From contig JAFGLR010000027.1 in the NCBI GenBank assembly GCA_016927955.1, positions 1-49,190 of the forward strand: a stretch of DNA of 49,190 nucleotides. The letters run 5' to 3'. The position numbers and the translations under genes were made by a program. Positions 7,402 through 17,332 of this stretch are shown here, piece by piece. The notes beneath the pieces are model-generated. The model saw only the letters and a list, made by a program, of their open reading frames with translations. It did no database searches and was not told where the DNA came from. This DNA comes from Dehalococcoidales bacterium. GTDB lineage: Bacteria > Chloroflexota > Dehalococcoidia > Dehalococcoidales > JAFGLR01. How positions within the stretch are numbered: position 1 is the stretch's first letter; each line of letters starts with the position of its first letter.

Positions 7402-8706
7402 ATGAAGAATATTGGTATCGGGCTAATGGGGCTTGGCACTGTTGCCGGGCAAGTCGTTCAGGTGCTATTGGACGAAAAGAAAGCCAAAGTATTAGCCGAT
7501 TACGTCGGTTCGCCGGTAATCTTAAGGAAGGTTAAGGTAATCGGCGTTGATTTGGAGCGCCCGCTGGCTAAAGCTATCGACTCGAAGCTAATGACCACCG
7601 ATGAAGAAGAGTTTTTCAATACTGATGGCATAGATATCGTTGTTGAAGCTATCGGCGGTGAAAAACCTGCTTTTGAATATTTAAAGCGGGCTTTAACCGG
7701 GGGTAAACATGTTGTTACTTCAAATAAAGAGGTTATCGCCAAGCATGGTGTTGAACTATGGTCTCTTGCGGCACAGAATAATGTAGGGCTTCATTACGAA
7801 GCAAGCGCCGGAGGCGGTATTCCCTTGATCGCACCTTTCCAGCGTGATTTAGTAGCCAACCGGATTATTAGTATTCATGCGATTATCAACGGGACCACCA
7901 ACTATATACTATCACGCATGGCTAGAGAAGGCGTGGAATTTGCGACTGCTTTAAAAAAGGCCCAGGAGTTAGGCTATGCGGAATCAAACCCGCGCAATGA
8001 CCTTGATGGTATAGATGCGACTTATAAGCTGGCGATACTGGCTTCACTGGCGTTCCATTGCCAGGTACGGCCGCATGATGTTTACTGCGAGGGTGTTTCG
8101 AAACTGACCAAACGTGACTTTCAATACGCTAAAGAACTTGGTTATGCTGTTAAGTTGCTGGCGATTGCCCGGCAGGATGACAATACCATTCAGGTACGAG
8201 TCCATCCGGTCTTCCTTCCGGAGGATGCGATGCTGTCCAGTGTAGATGGTGTTTTTAATGCTATTCAGGTAGAAGGTGATTTGGTTGGTAAGTTACTATT
8301 TTATGGTCAGGGAGCCGGAGCATTTCCCACCAGCAGTGCGGTAGTCGCTGATATCGCTTCGGCGGCTAAAGATATAGTATTTAAGGTGGGAGCCGGCGGC
8401 TGGAATATAGAAACCGGTAAAATCATACGTCCAATGGCAGAAGTAGAAACCAGATATTATTTAAGAATGGAAGTTAGCGACCAGCCCGGGGTACTGGCTA
8501 AAATATCTCAGGTCCTCGGTGACCATATGATAAGCATTAATTCGATGTTGCAAAAAGAAGCTAACAGCATTACCGGAACGGCTGAAATAGTCATCATGAC
8601 TCATCTGTCTAAAGAAAAATCCGTTCAGGATGCCTTAAGTCAGCTTAAAAAGTTGCCGGTTGTTAAAGAAATATGCAACTTCGTCCGTATCGAAGACGTT
8701 ATTTAA
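7402..8706 (+). CDS. hom: Homoserine dehydrogenase with C-terminal ACT domain
   Basis: Motifs GLGTV, VVTSNK, GGGIP, NGTTNYIL, GAGAFPTSSAV and ACT-domain DQPGVLAKI. Confidence 0.96.
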   Translation: MKNIGIGLMGLGTVAGQVVQVLLDEKKAKVLADYVGSPVILRKVKVIGVDLERPLAKAIDSKLMTTDEEEFFNTDGIDIVVEAIGGEKPAFEYLKRALTGGKHVVTSNKEVIAKHGVELWSLAAQNNVGLHYEASAGGGIPLIAPFQRDLVANRIISIHAIINGTTNYILSRMAREGVEFATALKKAQELGYAESNPRNDLDGIDATYKLAILASLAFHCQVRPHDVYCEGVSKLTKRDFQYAKELGYAVKLLAIARQDDNTIQVRVHPVFLPEDAMLSSVDGVFNAIQVEGDLVGKLLFYGQGAGAFPTSSAVVADIASAAKDIVFKVGAGGWNIETGKIIRPMAEVETRYYLRMEVSDQPGVLAKISQVLGDHMISINSMLQKEANSITGTAEIVIMTHLSKEKSVQDALSQLKKLPVVKEICNFVRIEDVI

Positions 8707-8729
8707 CTTCATGGTTGGGGAGAATTTGA

Positions 8730-9779
8730 ATGAAGACCGGAGTCCTTGCTAAATATCGTGAATATTTACCTATTACTGCAAAAACCCCGATATTTACTAT
8801 CGGAGAAGGTGATACTCCTTTAGTCCGTACTTTAGAACTGGAAAAAGAGCTTAAAGTAGGCGAGTTATATTTTAAACTGGAAGGGTGTAATCCGACCGGT
8901 TCGTTTAAAGACCGTGGTATGGTCATGGCGGTTGCTAAGGCGATAGAAGACGGCAGTAAGGCCATTGCCTGTGCTTCTACGGGAAACACCAGCGCCTCCG
9001 CAGCAGCCTTTGCGGCTTATTGCGGTTTGAGTTGTGCTATTATATTGCCCAAAGGCCATATTGCGATGGGTAAGTTAGCTCAGGCAATCGTCTATAATGC
9101 CAAGATAATCGCAATAGACGGCAATTTTGACCAGGCATTGGAAATTGTGCTGGCACTGACCGAGAAACACCCGATTTCTCTGGTAAACTCGGTTAACCCT
9201 TACCGTATAGAAGGCCAGAAAACCGCATCCTTTGAAATTATCGAATCACTCGGTGAAGCCCCTGACTACTTGTTTATTCCGGTAGGGAATGCCGGTAATA
9301 TCACCGCATATTGGAAAGGGTTTGTAGAATACCACAAGTTGGGTAAATCTAAAATTAAACCGAAAATGATGGGTTGGCAGGCGGAGGGGGCTGCCCCTAT
9401 TGTTCACGGTTACCCGATTAAGAATCCGGAGACGGTGGCAACTGCAATCAGAATCGGTAATCCGGCCAGTTGGAAGAAGGCTGAGACGGCTCGTGACGAG
9501 TCAGGCGGTATTATCGATATGGTCAGTGATGACGAAATCCTGGCCGCTCAGAAACTAATGGCCGCTAAAGGCGGCATATTCGGGGAACCGGCGTCTGCCG
9601 CTTCACTAGCCGGTCTGGTCAAAATGGTTCGGAAGGGTGCGGACTTTTCTAGAAAGAGAATCGTCTGTGTCGTTACCGGTAATGGTTTGAAAGATACGGA
9701 TATAGCGCTGAAACACGCCGCACCGTTTATTGAATTACCCGCTGACCTAAAACTGGTAGAAAAATCTCTGGGTTATTGA
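8730..9779 (+). CDS. thrC: Threonine synthase
   Basis: Motifs [24 protein letters not shown] and EPASAA. Confidence 0.96.
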   Translation: MKTGVLAKYREYLPITAKTPIFTIGEGDTPLVRTLELEKELKVGELYFKLEGCNPTGSFKDRGMVMAVAKAIEDGSKAIACASTGNTSASAAAFAAYCGLSCAIILPKGHIAMGKLAQAIVYNAKIIAIDGNFDQALEIVLALTEKHPISLVNSVNPYRIEGQKTASFEIIESLGEAPDYLFIPVGNAGNITAYWKGFVEYHKLGKSKIKPKMMGWQAEGAAPIVHGYPIKNPETVATAIRIGNPASWKKAETARDESGGIIDMVSDDEILAAQKLMAAKGGIFGEPASAASLAGLVKMVRKGADFSRKRIVCVVTGNGLKDTDIALKHAAPFIELPADLKLVEKSLGY

Positions 9780-9811
9780 TGAGCTTATAAAATGGATATA
9801 GGAGTCTGATT

Positions 9812-10378
9812 GTGATAAATATAAATAAATTAAAGAAAGCAACGTCATCAATAATCGAAGCCATCGGCGAAGACCCTGAACGTGAGGGATTAAAAGATAC
9901 TCCCCGGCGGGTGGCGGATATGTATGCCGAATTATTCGCCGGATTAAAAGTTAATCCCACAGAAGAGTTAAAGACAGGTTTTGAGCAGGGTCACCGTGAA
10001 ATGGTGATTGTACGGGATATTCCTTTTTACTCGATGTGTGAACATCATTTGCTGCCGTTCTTTGGAATAGTGCATGTAGGTTATATTCCAAATAAGAGTG
10101 GCCGGATTGTTGGTATAAGTAAAATAGCCAGGGTAGTCGATATTATCGCCCGCCGTCCGCAGGTTCAGGAACGTCTGACTACCGATATTGCTGATACGGT
10201 TATGGAGGGACTTAAGCCTTCAGGTGTTGCTGTCGTCGTTAAGGCAGAGCATATGTGTATGATAATGCGGGGTGTGAAGAAGCCGGGTAGCAGCATCATC
10301 ACATCCGCAATACGCGGCAGTTTTTTGAAACATGACGCCAGCCGTGCGGAATTTTTCTCTTTAATTCAGAACAAGTAA
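9812..10378 (+). CDS. folE: GTP cyclohydrolase I
   Basis: Motifs [15 protein letters not shown] and HMCMIMRG. Confidence 0.97.
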   Translation: MININKLKKATSSIIEAIGEDPEREGLKDTPRRVADMYAELFAGLKVNPTEELKTGFEQGHREMVIVRDIPFYSMCEHHLLPFFGIVHVGYIPNKSGRIVGISKIARVVDIIARRPQVQERLTTDIADTVMEGLKPSGVAVVVKAEHMCMIMRGVKKPGSSIITSAIRGSFLKHDASRAEFFSLIQNK

Positions 10379-10401
10379 AAGACAAACCAATTATCGTTAA
10401 T

Positions 10402-11535
10402 CTACTTGACCTTGGATTCAGCTAAATTATCCAGATGGAAATGGCTGGTACCCATGTCTATCTCTGTTGTTTTAGCCCGTTTGTAGTAAATTGACATGTC
10501 ATGGTCTTCGGTAAACCCGATGGCCCCGTTTATCTGCATACATATTGCCGAAGCATGACGGACACCTTCATTCACCAAAGCTTTGGCAATATGGACTTCA
10601 TCTGCTGCGGGTAAGCCTTCACTGAGCCGCCAGGCTATCTCATTTACTACCAGAGAGCTGCCATCGACTTCTATCAACATATTAGCGCAATTATGCTGGA
10701 TAATCTGGAAACTGCCGATGTGTTTGCCGAAGGCCTTTCTCTGTTTGGCGTAATCCAGGGTAAGGTCCATCATAGCTTTGGCTCCGCCAATCATATCGGC
10801 ACATCTGGCCACGGTTACTTTTTCCAATATTTTTTCCATTAACGGCCAGCCCTGATTCAAGCTACCGAGTATATTGGCAGACGGTACTTTAACCTTATCG
10901 AAGATAACTTCACACTGCTTATCGCCGGAAATAGTATTAAGCATATTAATGGTAATGCCGGGGGTTTTGCTGTCGATGATAAATAGGGTAATACCGTCTT
11001 CAGGCTTGCCGTCATCTTTAGTCCGGACCGCACATACCATATAGTCGCTGACATGTGCATCCGGTACGAAAAGTTTCGTCCCCTGAATAATATAATCATT
11101 ACCTTCCGGTAAAGCTTTAACCTTAATGCCATCGGCTTTATAGCTGGCACTGGTTTCTAATAGGGCCAGCGTGAGTAATAGCTTACCCTCGGCCATTTTG
11201 GACAAATATTCTTTCTGCTGTTCTTCATTGCCGGCTTCCATGATAGATAACCCGCCCAGTAGGACTGTTGAGAAAAACGGACCGGGTAAACAGGCTCGCC
11301 CCATTTCCTCTAACAAAACAACCAAATCGAGGAAACTGCCATCAGCCCCGCCGTATTTTTCCGGCACGATTAAGCCCATCCAGCCCATTTCGCTCATCTG
11401 CTGCCAGAGCTCGTTGGTGTAGCCTTTTTCATCTTTAGCCATCTGGCGTACCAGGCCCTTCGGACAGTTAGTCTTTAAAAAGTCTTTAGCGGATGTTCGT
11501 AGCATTTCTTGCATTTCGCTTAATGTAAAATCCAT
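10402..11535 (-). CDS. Acyl-CoA dehydrogenase, probable non-catalytic subunit of a heteromer
   Basis: ACAD fold (GTKLFV, YAKQRKAFGKHIGSFQ, GAIGFTE). C-terminal GTSE motif is degenerate. Start reassigned to MDFTLS. Confidence 0.85.
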   Translation of the reverse strand: MDFTLSEMQEMLRTSAKDFLKTNCPKGLVRQMAKDEKGYTNELWQQMSEMGWMGLIVPEKYGGADGSFLDLVVLLEEMGRACLPGPFFSTVLLGGLSIMEAGNEEQQKEYLSKMAEGKLLLTLALLETSASYKADGIKVKALPEGNDYIIQGTKLFVPDAHVSDYMVCAVRTKDDGKPEDGITLFIIDSKTPGITINMLNTISGDKQCEVIFDKVKVPSANILGSLNQGWPLMEKILEKVTVARCADMIGGAKAMMDLTLDYAKQRKAFGKHIGSFQIIQHNCANMLIEVDGSSLVVNEIAWRLSEGLPAADEVHIAKALVNEGVRHASAICMQINGAIGFTEDHDMSIYYKRAKTTEIDMGTSHFHLDNLAESKVK

Positions 11536-11558
11536 AGGAATACTCTCTTTCCTGTTTA

Positions 11559-12740
11559 CTATTCGTTCGGTAATCCCAGACCTTGGGTAGCAACGACGTT
11601 GCGGTCGATTTCTGAAGTACCGGCCATCATTGTATAAGATGAAGTATCCAGATAGTAGTAGGACGGCCAACCGTTTAACGGAGCGTATTTTGAGTTACCG
11701 CACAGGCCGCCGTAATTGTTTAACACCTGTACCCCGAAATCAGCAGCACGTTGCGCCAATTCACAATTGTACATCTTATCCATAGCGACTTCGTAAGTTG
11801 AAGGGCTATCTTTCGCCATAATACACATAGCCCGGTAGTGAATCATCTTGGCCATTTCACACTCGGAATATAAATAAGCCAGGCGGTCGCGGAATGCGGC
11901 ATCAAGCTTAATACCAGCTTCCTTCAAGTAGGCTACGAGCCCGTCCAGATAACTGCGTACCGCAGGATAAAACATCTGGGCGAAGCGCTCATAATCAAGC
12001 GTCATCATCGTAACATACCAGCCCTTGTTCAAGCCGCCAACCATATTTTCTTTCGGGACGCGCACGTTATCAAGAAAGACTTCGTTGAACTCGTGCTCGC
12101 CGAGTATATTCACCAGAGGTCTGACTGTAATGCCTGGTGTATTCATATCTAAAGCAAAATAGCTGAGCCCGCGGTGACGGGCGAGATTCATATCTGTCCT
12201 GGTCAAAACGAAACCCATCTGGGTCTTATGGGCACCTGTATTCCATGTCTTCTGTCCGTTAAGAACATAGTAATCGCCGTCTAAAGTAGCTGTTGTCTTT
12301 AACGAAGCCAAATCCGAGCCGCTATCCGGTTCGCTTAGCAATTCGCACCAGTAGGTTTCTCCCTTAGCGATGCCGGGCAAGTATTTCTTTTTCTGCTCCT
12401 CGGTGCCAAACTTAAGGAGTGTAGGCGCAAAGAAAGTAACACCAATATGGTCAACGGCAGGAACGTTATAATAAAGGATTTCTTCCCAGGCGATATTCTG
12501 AAGAAATAACGAGTTTTTGCCTCCGTAGGCTTCCGGCCAGCTTAAAGAATGCCAACCCTTAGCGCCGAATTTAGCTCGCATACCGCTTACGTATTCCCAA
12601 TCTTTGCCTTCGTGAGTTTGAACTGACGGTGTAAAAGTAACACCGAATTTCCACCTCAAGTCCGCCGGAAATTCTTTTTTAATAAAATCCCTGACTTCTT
12701 CGCGGAAGGACTCTTCCTGTTGGCTGTATCCAAAATCCAT
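11559..12740 (-). CDS. Acyl-CoA dehydrogenase, probable catalytic subunit
   Basis: Motifs SEPDSGSDLAS, NGQKTW, FNEVF, LDYER and AGTSEI. Start reassigned to MDFGYS. Confidence 0.9.
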   Translation of the reverse strand: MDFGYSQQEESFREEVRDFIKKEFPADLRWKFGVTFTPSVQTHEGKDWEYVSGMRAKFGAKGWHSLSWPEAYGGKNSLFLQNIAWEEILYYNVPAVDHIGVTFFAPTLLKFGTEEQKKKYLPGIAKGETYWCELLSEPDSGSDLASLKTTATLDGDYYVLNGQKTWNTGAHKTQMGFVLTRTDMNLARHRGLSYFALDMNTPGITVRPLVNILGEHEFNEVFLDNVRVPKENMVGGLNKGWYVTMMTLDYERFAQMFYPAVRSYLDGLVAYLKEAGIKLDAAFRDRLAYLYSECEMAKMIHYRAMCIMAKDSPSTYEVAMDKMYNCELAQRAADFGVQVLNNYGGLCGNSKYAPLNGWPSYYYLDTSSYTMMAGTSEIDRNVVATQGLGLPNE

Positions 12741-12905
12741 ATCGTGCCTCACTTTCCTATTTGAAAGCCAGAATAACCCGCACCGGTTAAGCAATTAATC
12801 TAAGTAGGCGGGGTTATAAACATTCACAGATAATCGTATCAAAAGTTACGTACAGCGTCAATTTTCAGGATGTTGTAGGAAGAATATTCCGAGGCAAAAT
12901 AGAAA

Positions 12906-13709
12906 TTATAAGACGACACTATCCCATATAATATCATTTATATCAAAAACCGGTCCGTCTTTACAGACCTGTTTAAGGCCTTGTTTCGTTCGTATCGTAC
13001 ATCCGAAACAAACTCCGACGCCACAGGCCATTCTAACTTCTAAGGATACCTGAGTTGGTTTTCCTTCGATACCCAATGACTTACTTCGTTCCATCATATT
13101 CATGTACATTGACATCGGGCCGCAGGCAAATATCTGGTCGATACCGTTAATATACTGGGGAATAAGGTCGGTAACCAGTCCTTTATATCCGACACTACCG
13201 TCATCAGTAGCCGGTACCGTTTTAATTTCCGGAGGTATCGGATAACGATTTCGTACTGCCGTTCCATATAATAATGTAACCGAGCACATACGGCTCAGTG
13301 CTTCCTGAGCTAAGAAAAAGAGTGGAGCGAGACCCATACCGCCGGCAATGAGTAACAGATTTCTCGATGTACGTTGAATTGAGAAGCCACTACCGAGCGG
13401 ACCGAATATTTCAACAATATCACCTACTCGTCGTTCGGCTAACCAATCTGTTCCTTTGCCATCTTCCCAAACGGTATAGAATAGAGCCAGATCACTTTTA
13501 CTATAAATACGGAAAATACTGAATGGTCGCGGCAAAGTAGAATCTGCCCCGCACTTTACCATTACGAATTGTCCCGGTCTGGCTTCTTGGGCAATTTCAG
13601 GTGCTGCAAGCCAGATTAAGCGTGTTTCACGGCTGCTCTTGCCGTGGTTACGCTTTAACTCGGGTAAAATGCGTATATTATTGATTACCTTAGTCTGTAC
13701 TTGTTTCAT
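12906..13709 (-). CDS. pyrK: Dihydroorotate dehydrogenase electron-transfer subunit
   Basis: Motifs RPFS, GPLG, AGGMG and CGP, plus the 2Fe-2S motif CGVGVCFGC...VC.DGP. Lies in the pyr operon. Confidence 0.9.
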   Translation of the reverse strand: MKQVQTKVINNIRILPELKRNHGKSSRETRLIWLAAPEIAQEARPGQFVMVKCGADSTLPRPFSIFRIYSKSDLALFYTVWEDGKGTDWLAERRVGDIVEIFGPLGSGFSIQRTSRNLLLIAGGMGLAPLFFLAQEALSRMCSVTLLYGTAVRNRYPIPPEIKTVPATDDGSVGYKGLVTDLIPQYINGIDQIFACGPMSMYMNMMERSKSLGIEGKPTQVSLEVRMACGVGVCFGCTIRTKQGLKQVCKDGPVFDINDIIWDSVVL

Positions 13710-13779
13710 TATTGTAGCATATAGAGTTAAAGATTCCCTCGTATTTTACCGTTTCTTAACTATAAAAGTAAAAATCCGG

Positions 13780-15099
13780 TTACAAAATATTATATCCAAC
13801 CTCTTTAAATACTACCTTACCGCCATAAATGGAGGCTATTACTTTACCTTTTAGTGTTTGTCCTACCAGCGGTGTATTTTTACCTTTAGATATGAATTTA
13901 TCGGGGTCCACCATCCAGCTTATTTGTGGGTCGAATATAGTAATGTCTGCTGATTTGCCAACTGTTAACGTACCCAGGTTACCGTAGTCTTTTCCCATGA
14001 CTTTTACCGGGCCGATAGTTAACTTTGCGATAATATCAAGCAGTGATAATTTACCAGTATGTAAGAGGTTCATCAGGCTTCCCAGTGACGTTTCAAAACC
14101 GCTGATACCGAAGGCTGCATTAATAAAATCGCATTCTTTATCAGCTTTAGTGTGAGGTGCATGGTCGGTGGCGATAGCATCAATAGTCCCGTCCGTTAAA
14201 CCTGCTATCAGGGCATCGATATCCTTTATAGTACGCAGGGGAGGATTTACCTTAGCGTTAGTGTTATATCCGAGAGCCATTTCTTCAGTCATCGTCAGGT
14301 GGTGCGGTGTTACTTCGGCGGTAATATTCACACCGTCTGCTTTCGCTTGCCGTATTAGGACTACTGAGCCCGCGGTACTGGTATGAGCTATATGCAGCTT
14401 GCCGCCGGTCTGTTTGGCTAAATCGATATCACGTCTCACGATAGATTCCTCGGCCTCGGCCGGGATACCTTTTAAATCCAGCTTACGGGCAATTTTACCT
14501 TCATTAATTTGACCGTCTATAGCAAGCTTTTTATTTTCACAATGTTCAATAATTGGAAGTCCGAGTGTTTTAGAGTTAGTAAGTGCTTCAATTAGTGAAG
14601 CATCGTTCATAACCGAATCGCCGTCATCACTGAAAGCAACTGCTCCGGCATGGCTCAATTCAGTCATATCTGTTACAGTTTTGCCTTTACGGTCTTTAGT
14701 AATACAACCGATAGGGAGTATTCTAATTGAGCCTTCTTTACGTGCTACAGTCTTTACATAACCTATAGCTTTTTCATTGTCCAGAGGCGGTTTAGTATTC
14801 GGCATACAACAAATTGTAGTATAACCACCCTTCGCTGCCGATCGAGACCCGGTAGCAATAGTCTCTTTTTCTTCATAACCGGGCTGTCGCAGGTGGCAGT
14901 GTAAATCGATGAATCCGGGACACACTATCATTTCTTTAGCATCAAAAACCCTGTAGTCTGAACAGGGTACTCGGTCCACTTGCCTACCGACCCAGCCGAT
15001 TTTGTCACCTGTAATCAATATACTACCTATCATATCGATTCCATTAGCCGGATCGATGATACGTCCGTCTCTTATTAACAATGGTTTGGTGGTATTCAT
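13780..15099 (-). CDS. pyrC: Dihydroorotase
   Basis: Motifs DLHCHLRQPG, MPNT, KVNPPLR and ATDHAPH. Confidence 0.95.
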   Translation of the reverse strand: MNTTKPLLIRDGRIIDPANGIDMIGSILITGDKIGWVGRQVDRVPCSDYRVFDAKEMIVCPGFIDLHCHLRQPGYEEKETIATGSRSAAKGGYTTICCMPNTKPPLDNEKAIGYVKTVARKEGSIRILPIGCITKDRKGKTVTDMTELSHAGAVAFSDDGDSVMNDASLIEALTNSKTLGLPIIEHCENKKLAIDGQINEGKIARKLDLKGIPAEAEESIVRRDIDLAKQTGGKLHIAHTSTAGSVVLIRQAKADGVNITAEVTPHHLTMTEEMALGYNTNAKVNPPLRTIKDIDALIAGLTDGTIDAIATDHAPHTKADKECDFINAAFGISGFETSLGSLMNLLHTGKLSLLDIIAKLTIGPVKVMGKDYGNLGTLTVGKSADITIFDPQISWMVDPDKFISKGKNTPLVGQTLKGKVIASIYGGKVVFKEVGYNIL

Positions 15100-15103
15100 T
15101 TAT

Positions 15104-16522
15104 TTAAGTGCCTGAAAGGTTAGCTTCCGCTTCTTTTTTTACTCTGATATCAGCCTTAAATCCGGCGGCTTCTGCATCTTTTGCCGAGTTAAATATTAGT
15201 AAATTTTCGGGTTTGATATGTTGCGACCAGTGACTGCCGGCGCTATGATATTTTTTACTGACGAGCATTCCCTCATGCCATTCGGTACTCGCTACGTATT
15301 TCGGCTCAAAACCATGTTCGCAGTAGTTACAACGCAGGGTCAGCGGTTTAAAGTTTACGATTTTAAAATCAGGTTTCAAGTATCTTATTTCGGTAGCTTG
15401 AACCGAAACGCACTTTTTATTCGGACATTTAATACCGGTATCCTGTTTATAAATCGGATATTCGTACTTGGGTGCGCTTGTTTCATTTTCAGTTATTTTA
15501 GTATCTTTCATCCCGAGTAACAGGGAAACCAAAGCCATGCGTACCGGCACTCCCTGAGCAGCCTGTTTGAAGTAGAGACTACGGGGGTCGCTGTCCAGTT
15601 CGTAAGCAAGTTCATCGACACGAGGTAACGGGTGCATTACCATTGCCCGGCGGAACGATTTATCTTTTAACAGTTCTTTATCTACGACCGGATATTTGTC
15701 TTTCAATTGCTGTTCTGCATCGTTGAATCTTTCTTTCTGAGGACGTGTTACATAGAGGGCATCCAGACCGGTCTTAAGCTCAAGTTCGATATCAACACCC
15801 GGCATCATAGCCAACTGGTGCGGTTGGTTTGGTGTAGTATAAATGGCATTTAGCGGAAAGCGGTCGGTTTTTGCTTTTTGCTCCGGCGTCATTTTCTCGA
15901 TATCGCCTCCATACTCGGCAATTAGTTTTTGTATTACATGTTCGGGTACTTCAAGACCGGGGCTGGGGCAAAACAAAATATTCGCACTGAATTTAGCTAA
16001 AGCGAAGATAAGGGAATGAATTGTCCGGCCGTATTTTAAATCACCCCAGAGAGCAATATTCATTCCGGCAATAGATCCTCTTTCTTTACGTATCGTGTAG
16101 AGGTCGCATAGAGTCTGGGTGGGATGCTGGTGACCGCCGTCACCGCCGTTAATTACCGGAATACCGGAATAATCGGCTACCACTTTAGCGGCACCTTCCC
16201 AGGGATGACGGATAACGATAATATCGGCGTAACTGCCGATAACCCTGGCCATATCGGCGATGCTTTCGCCCTTAGCCAGCGAGGTCGCTCCGATATCGAC
16301 AGCACTAATAACGCTTCCACCCAATCGGTGCATTGCCGTCTCGAAAGAGAGACGTGTACGGGTGCTGGACTCAAAGAACAGGCTTGCCATCACCTTACCT
16401 TTACATACATCGAGTTGGTTGGTAATAGATTCGGCCATCTCATCAGCCAGATTGAAAACTCCTTCCATTTCACCGACGGAAAAATCATCTACGGTAATCA
16501 GGCTGCGGTTTTTCAGAGTCAT
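15104..16522 (-). CDS. pyrB: Aspartate carbamoyltransferase catalytic chain fused to a PyrI-type zinc domain and an extra C-terminal module
   Basis: Catalytic motifs [12 protein letters not shown] and HPLPR. C-terminal CPNKKC...RCNYCE. Confidence 0.93.
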   Translation of the reverse strand: MTLKNRSLITVDDFSVGEMEGVFNLADEMAESITNQLDVCKGKVMASLFFESSTRTRLSFETAMHRLGGSVISAVDIGATSLAKGESIADMARVIGSYADIIVIRHPWEGAAKVVADYSGIPVINGGDGGHQHPTQTLCDLYTIRKERGSIAGMNIALWGDLKYGRTIHSLIFALAKFSANILFCPSPGLEVPEHVIQKLIAEYGGDIEKMTPEQKAKTDRFPLNAIYTTPNQPHQLAMMPGVDIELELKTGLDALYVTRPQKERFNDAEQQLKDKYPVVDKELLKDKSFRRAMVMHPLPRVDELAYELDSDPRSLYFKQAAQGVPVRMALVSLLLGMKDTKITENETSAPKYEYPIYKQDTGIKCPNKKCVSVQATEIRYLKPDFKIVNFKPLTLRCNYCEHGFEPKYVASTEWHEGMLVSKKYHSAGSHWSQHIKPENLLIFNSAKDAEAAGFKADIRVKKEAEANLSGT

Positions 16523-17094
16523 CTATTCACCTCCGTTGGTACGGCATTTTTACCGGCTGGAATTATAATAATAACTTCATCTTTGCCATCGGTTTCAATC
16601 AGTCTGACCCGTATCTTTTCTTCATGGGCGCTGGGTACATTCTTGCCGATATAATCAGCCCGAATGGGTAATTCCCGGTGGCCGCGATCTATCAAAACGG
16701 CCAGTTGAATGGATTTAGGTCTACCCAGGTCGATAACAGCATCCATCGCTGCCCGGATGCTTCGTCCGGTGTAAAGCACATCATCGACAATGACGATATT
16801 TTTACTTTCAATATTTGTGGGAATTATAGTTTTGCCGACCACCGGTTTTTGATTGTAGTTATAGTGGTTTTGGTCATCACGGTATTGACCGATATCTAAT
16901 GAACCTACCGGTATATTGGTATTTTCTAACCTTCCGATATTTTCTGCCAGCCTGTGTGCCAGGGGAACACCACGGGTGCGGATACCGATTAGTATAAGAT
17001 TCTCGACATTGTAGTGCCTTTCAATAATTTCGTGGGAAATTCTTGCGAGCGTGCGGCGGATATCATCCGGGGTCATTATGGTTTTTTCAGACAT
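16519..17094 (-). CDS. pyrR: Bifunctional pyr attenuation regulator/uracil phosphoribosyltransferase
   Basis: Motifs [15 protein letters not shown] and [12 protein letters not shown]. Confidence 0.96.
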   Translation of the reverse strand: MSEKTIMTPDDIRRTLARISHEIIERHYNVENLILIGIRTRGVPLAHRLAENIGRLENTNIPVGSLDIGQYRDDQNHYNYNQKPVVGKTIIPTNIESKNIVIVDDVLYTGRSIRAAMDAVIDLGRPKSIQLAVLIDRGHRELPIRADYIGKNVPSAHEEKIRVRLIETDGKDEVIIIIPAGKNAVPTEVNR

Positions 17095-17098
17095 TAAA

Positions 17099-17182
17099 AT
17101 ACCTCTTACCGAACCGGCAAGAGGTATATCCGTTAGCTTTCCTTATGTCCCCCTTGCCAGTCTCTCCGGGCTGGCTTAAAGG
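17099..17182 (-). promoter_or_regulatory. PyrR-binding leader with a downstream terminator/RBS-sequestering hairpin
   Basis: CCTTTAAGCCAGCCCGGAGAGACTGGCAAGG (17182-17152) fits the PyrR binding-loop pattern. The hairpin ATACCTCTTGCCG-GTT-CGGTAAGAGGTAT (17127-17099) contains the GAGGT RBS and is followed by a short T run. Confidence 0.85.
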
Positions 17183-17332
17183 TTCAATCCTGGTTTATCT
17201 TAACGTATATTTCCCAATTAATCAATACCTGACATAAATATTTCTTTATAATCATAAATCATATTTGGTAAACACAAGGGATAAAATGTAAAATTATAAA
17301 TATAAAATAACCAACATTCGAAAGGAATTAAT

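Noticed and set aside
11536-11670. N-terminal extension of the second ACAD (similar extensions on birA, the FmdB protein, hisG and hisD)
   Set aside because: These are ORF-caller extensions, mostly overlapping upstream genes. Family-typical starts lie downstream.
12773-12817. Imperfect inverted repeat upstream of the ACAD pair as a riboswitch
   Set aside because: Only a short interrupted stem, with no recognisable aptamer motif.
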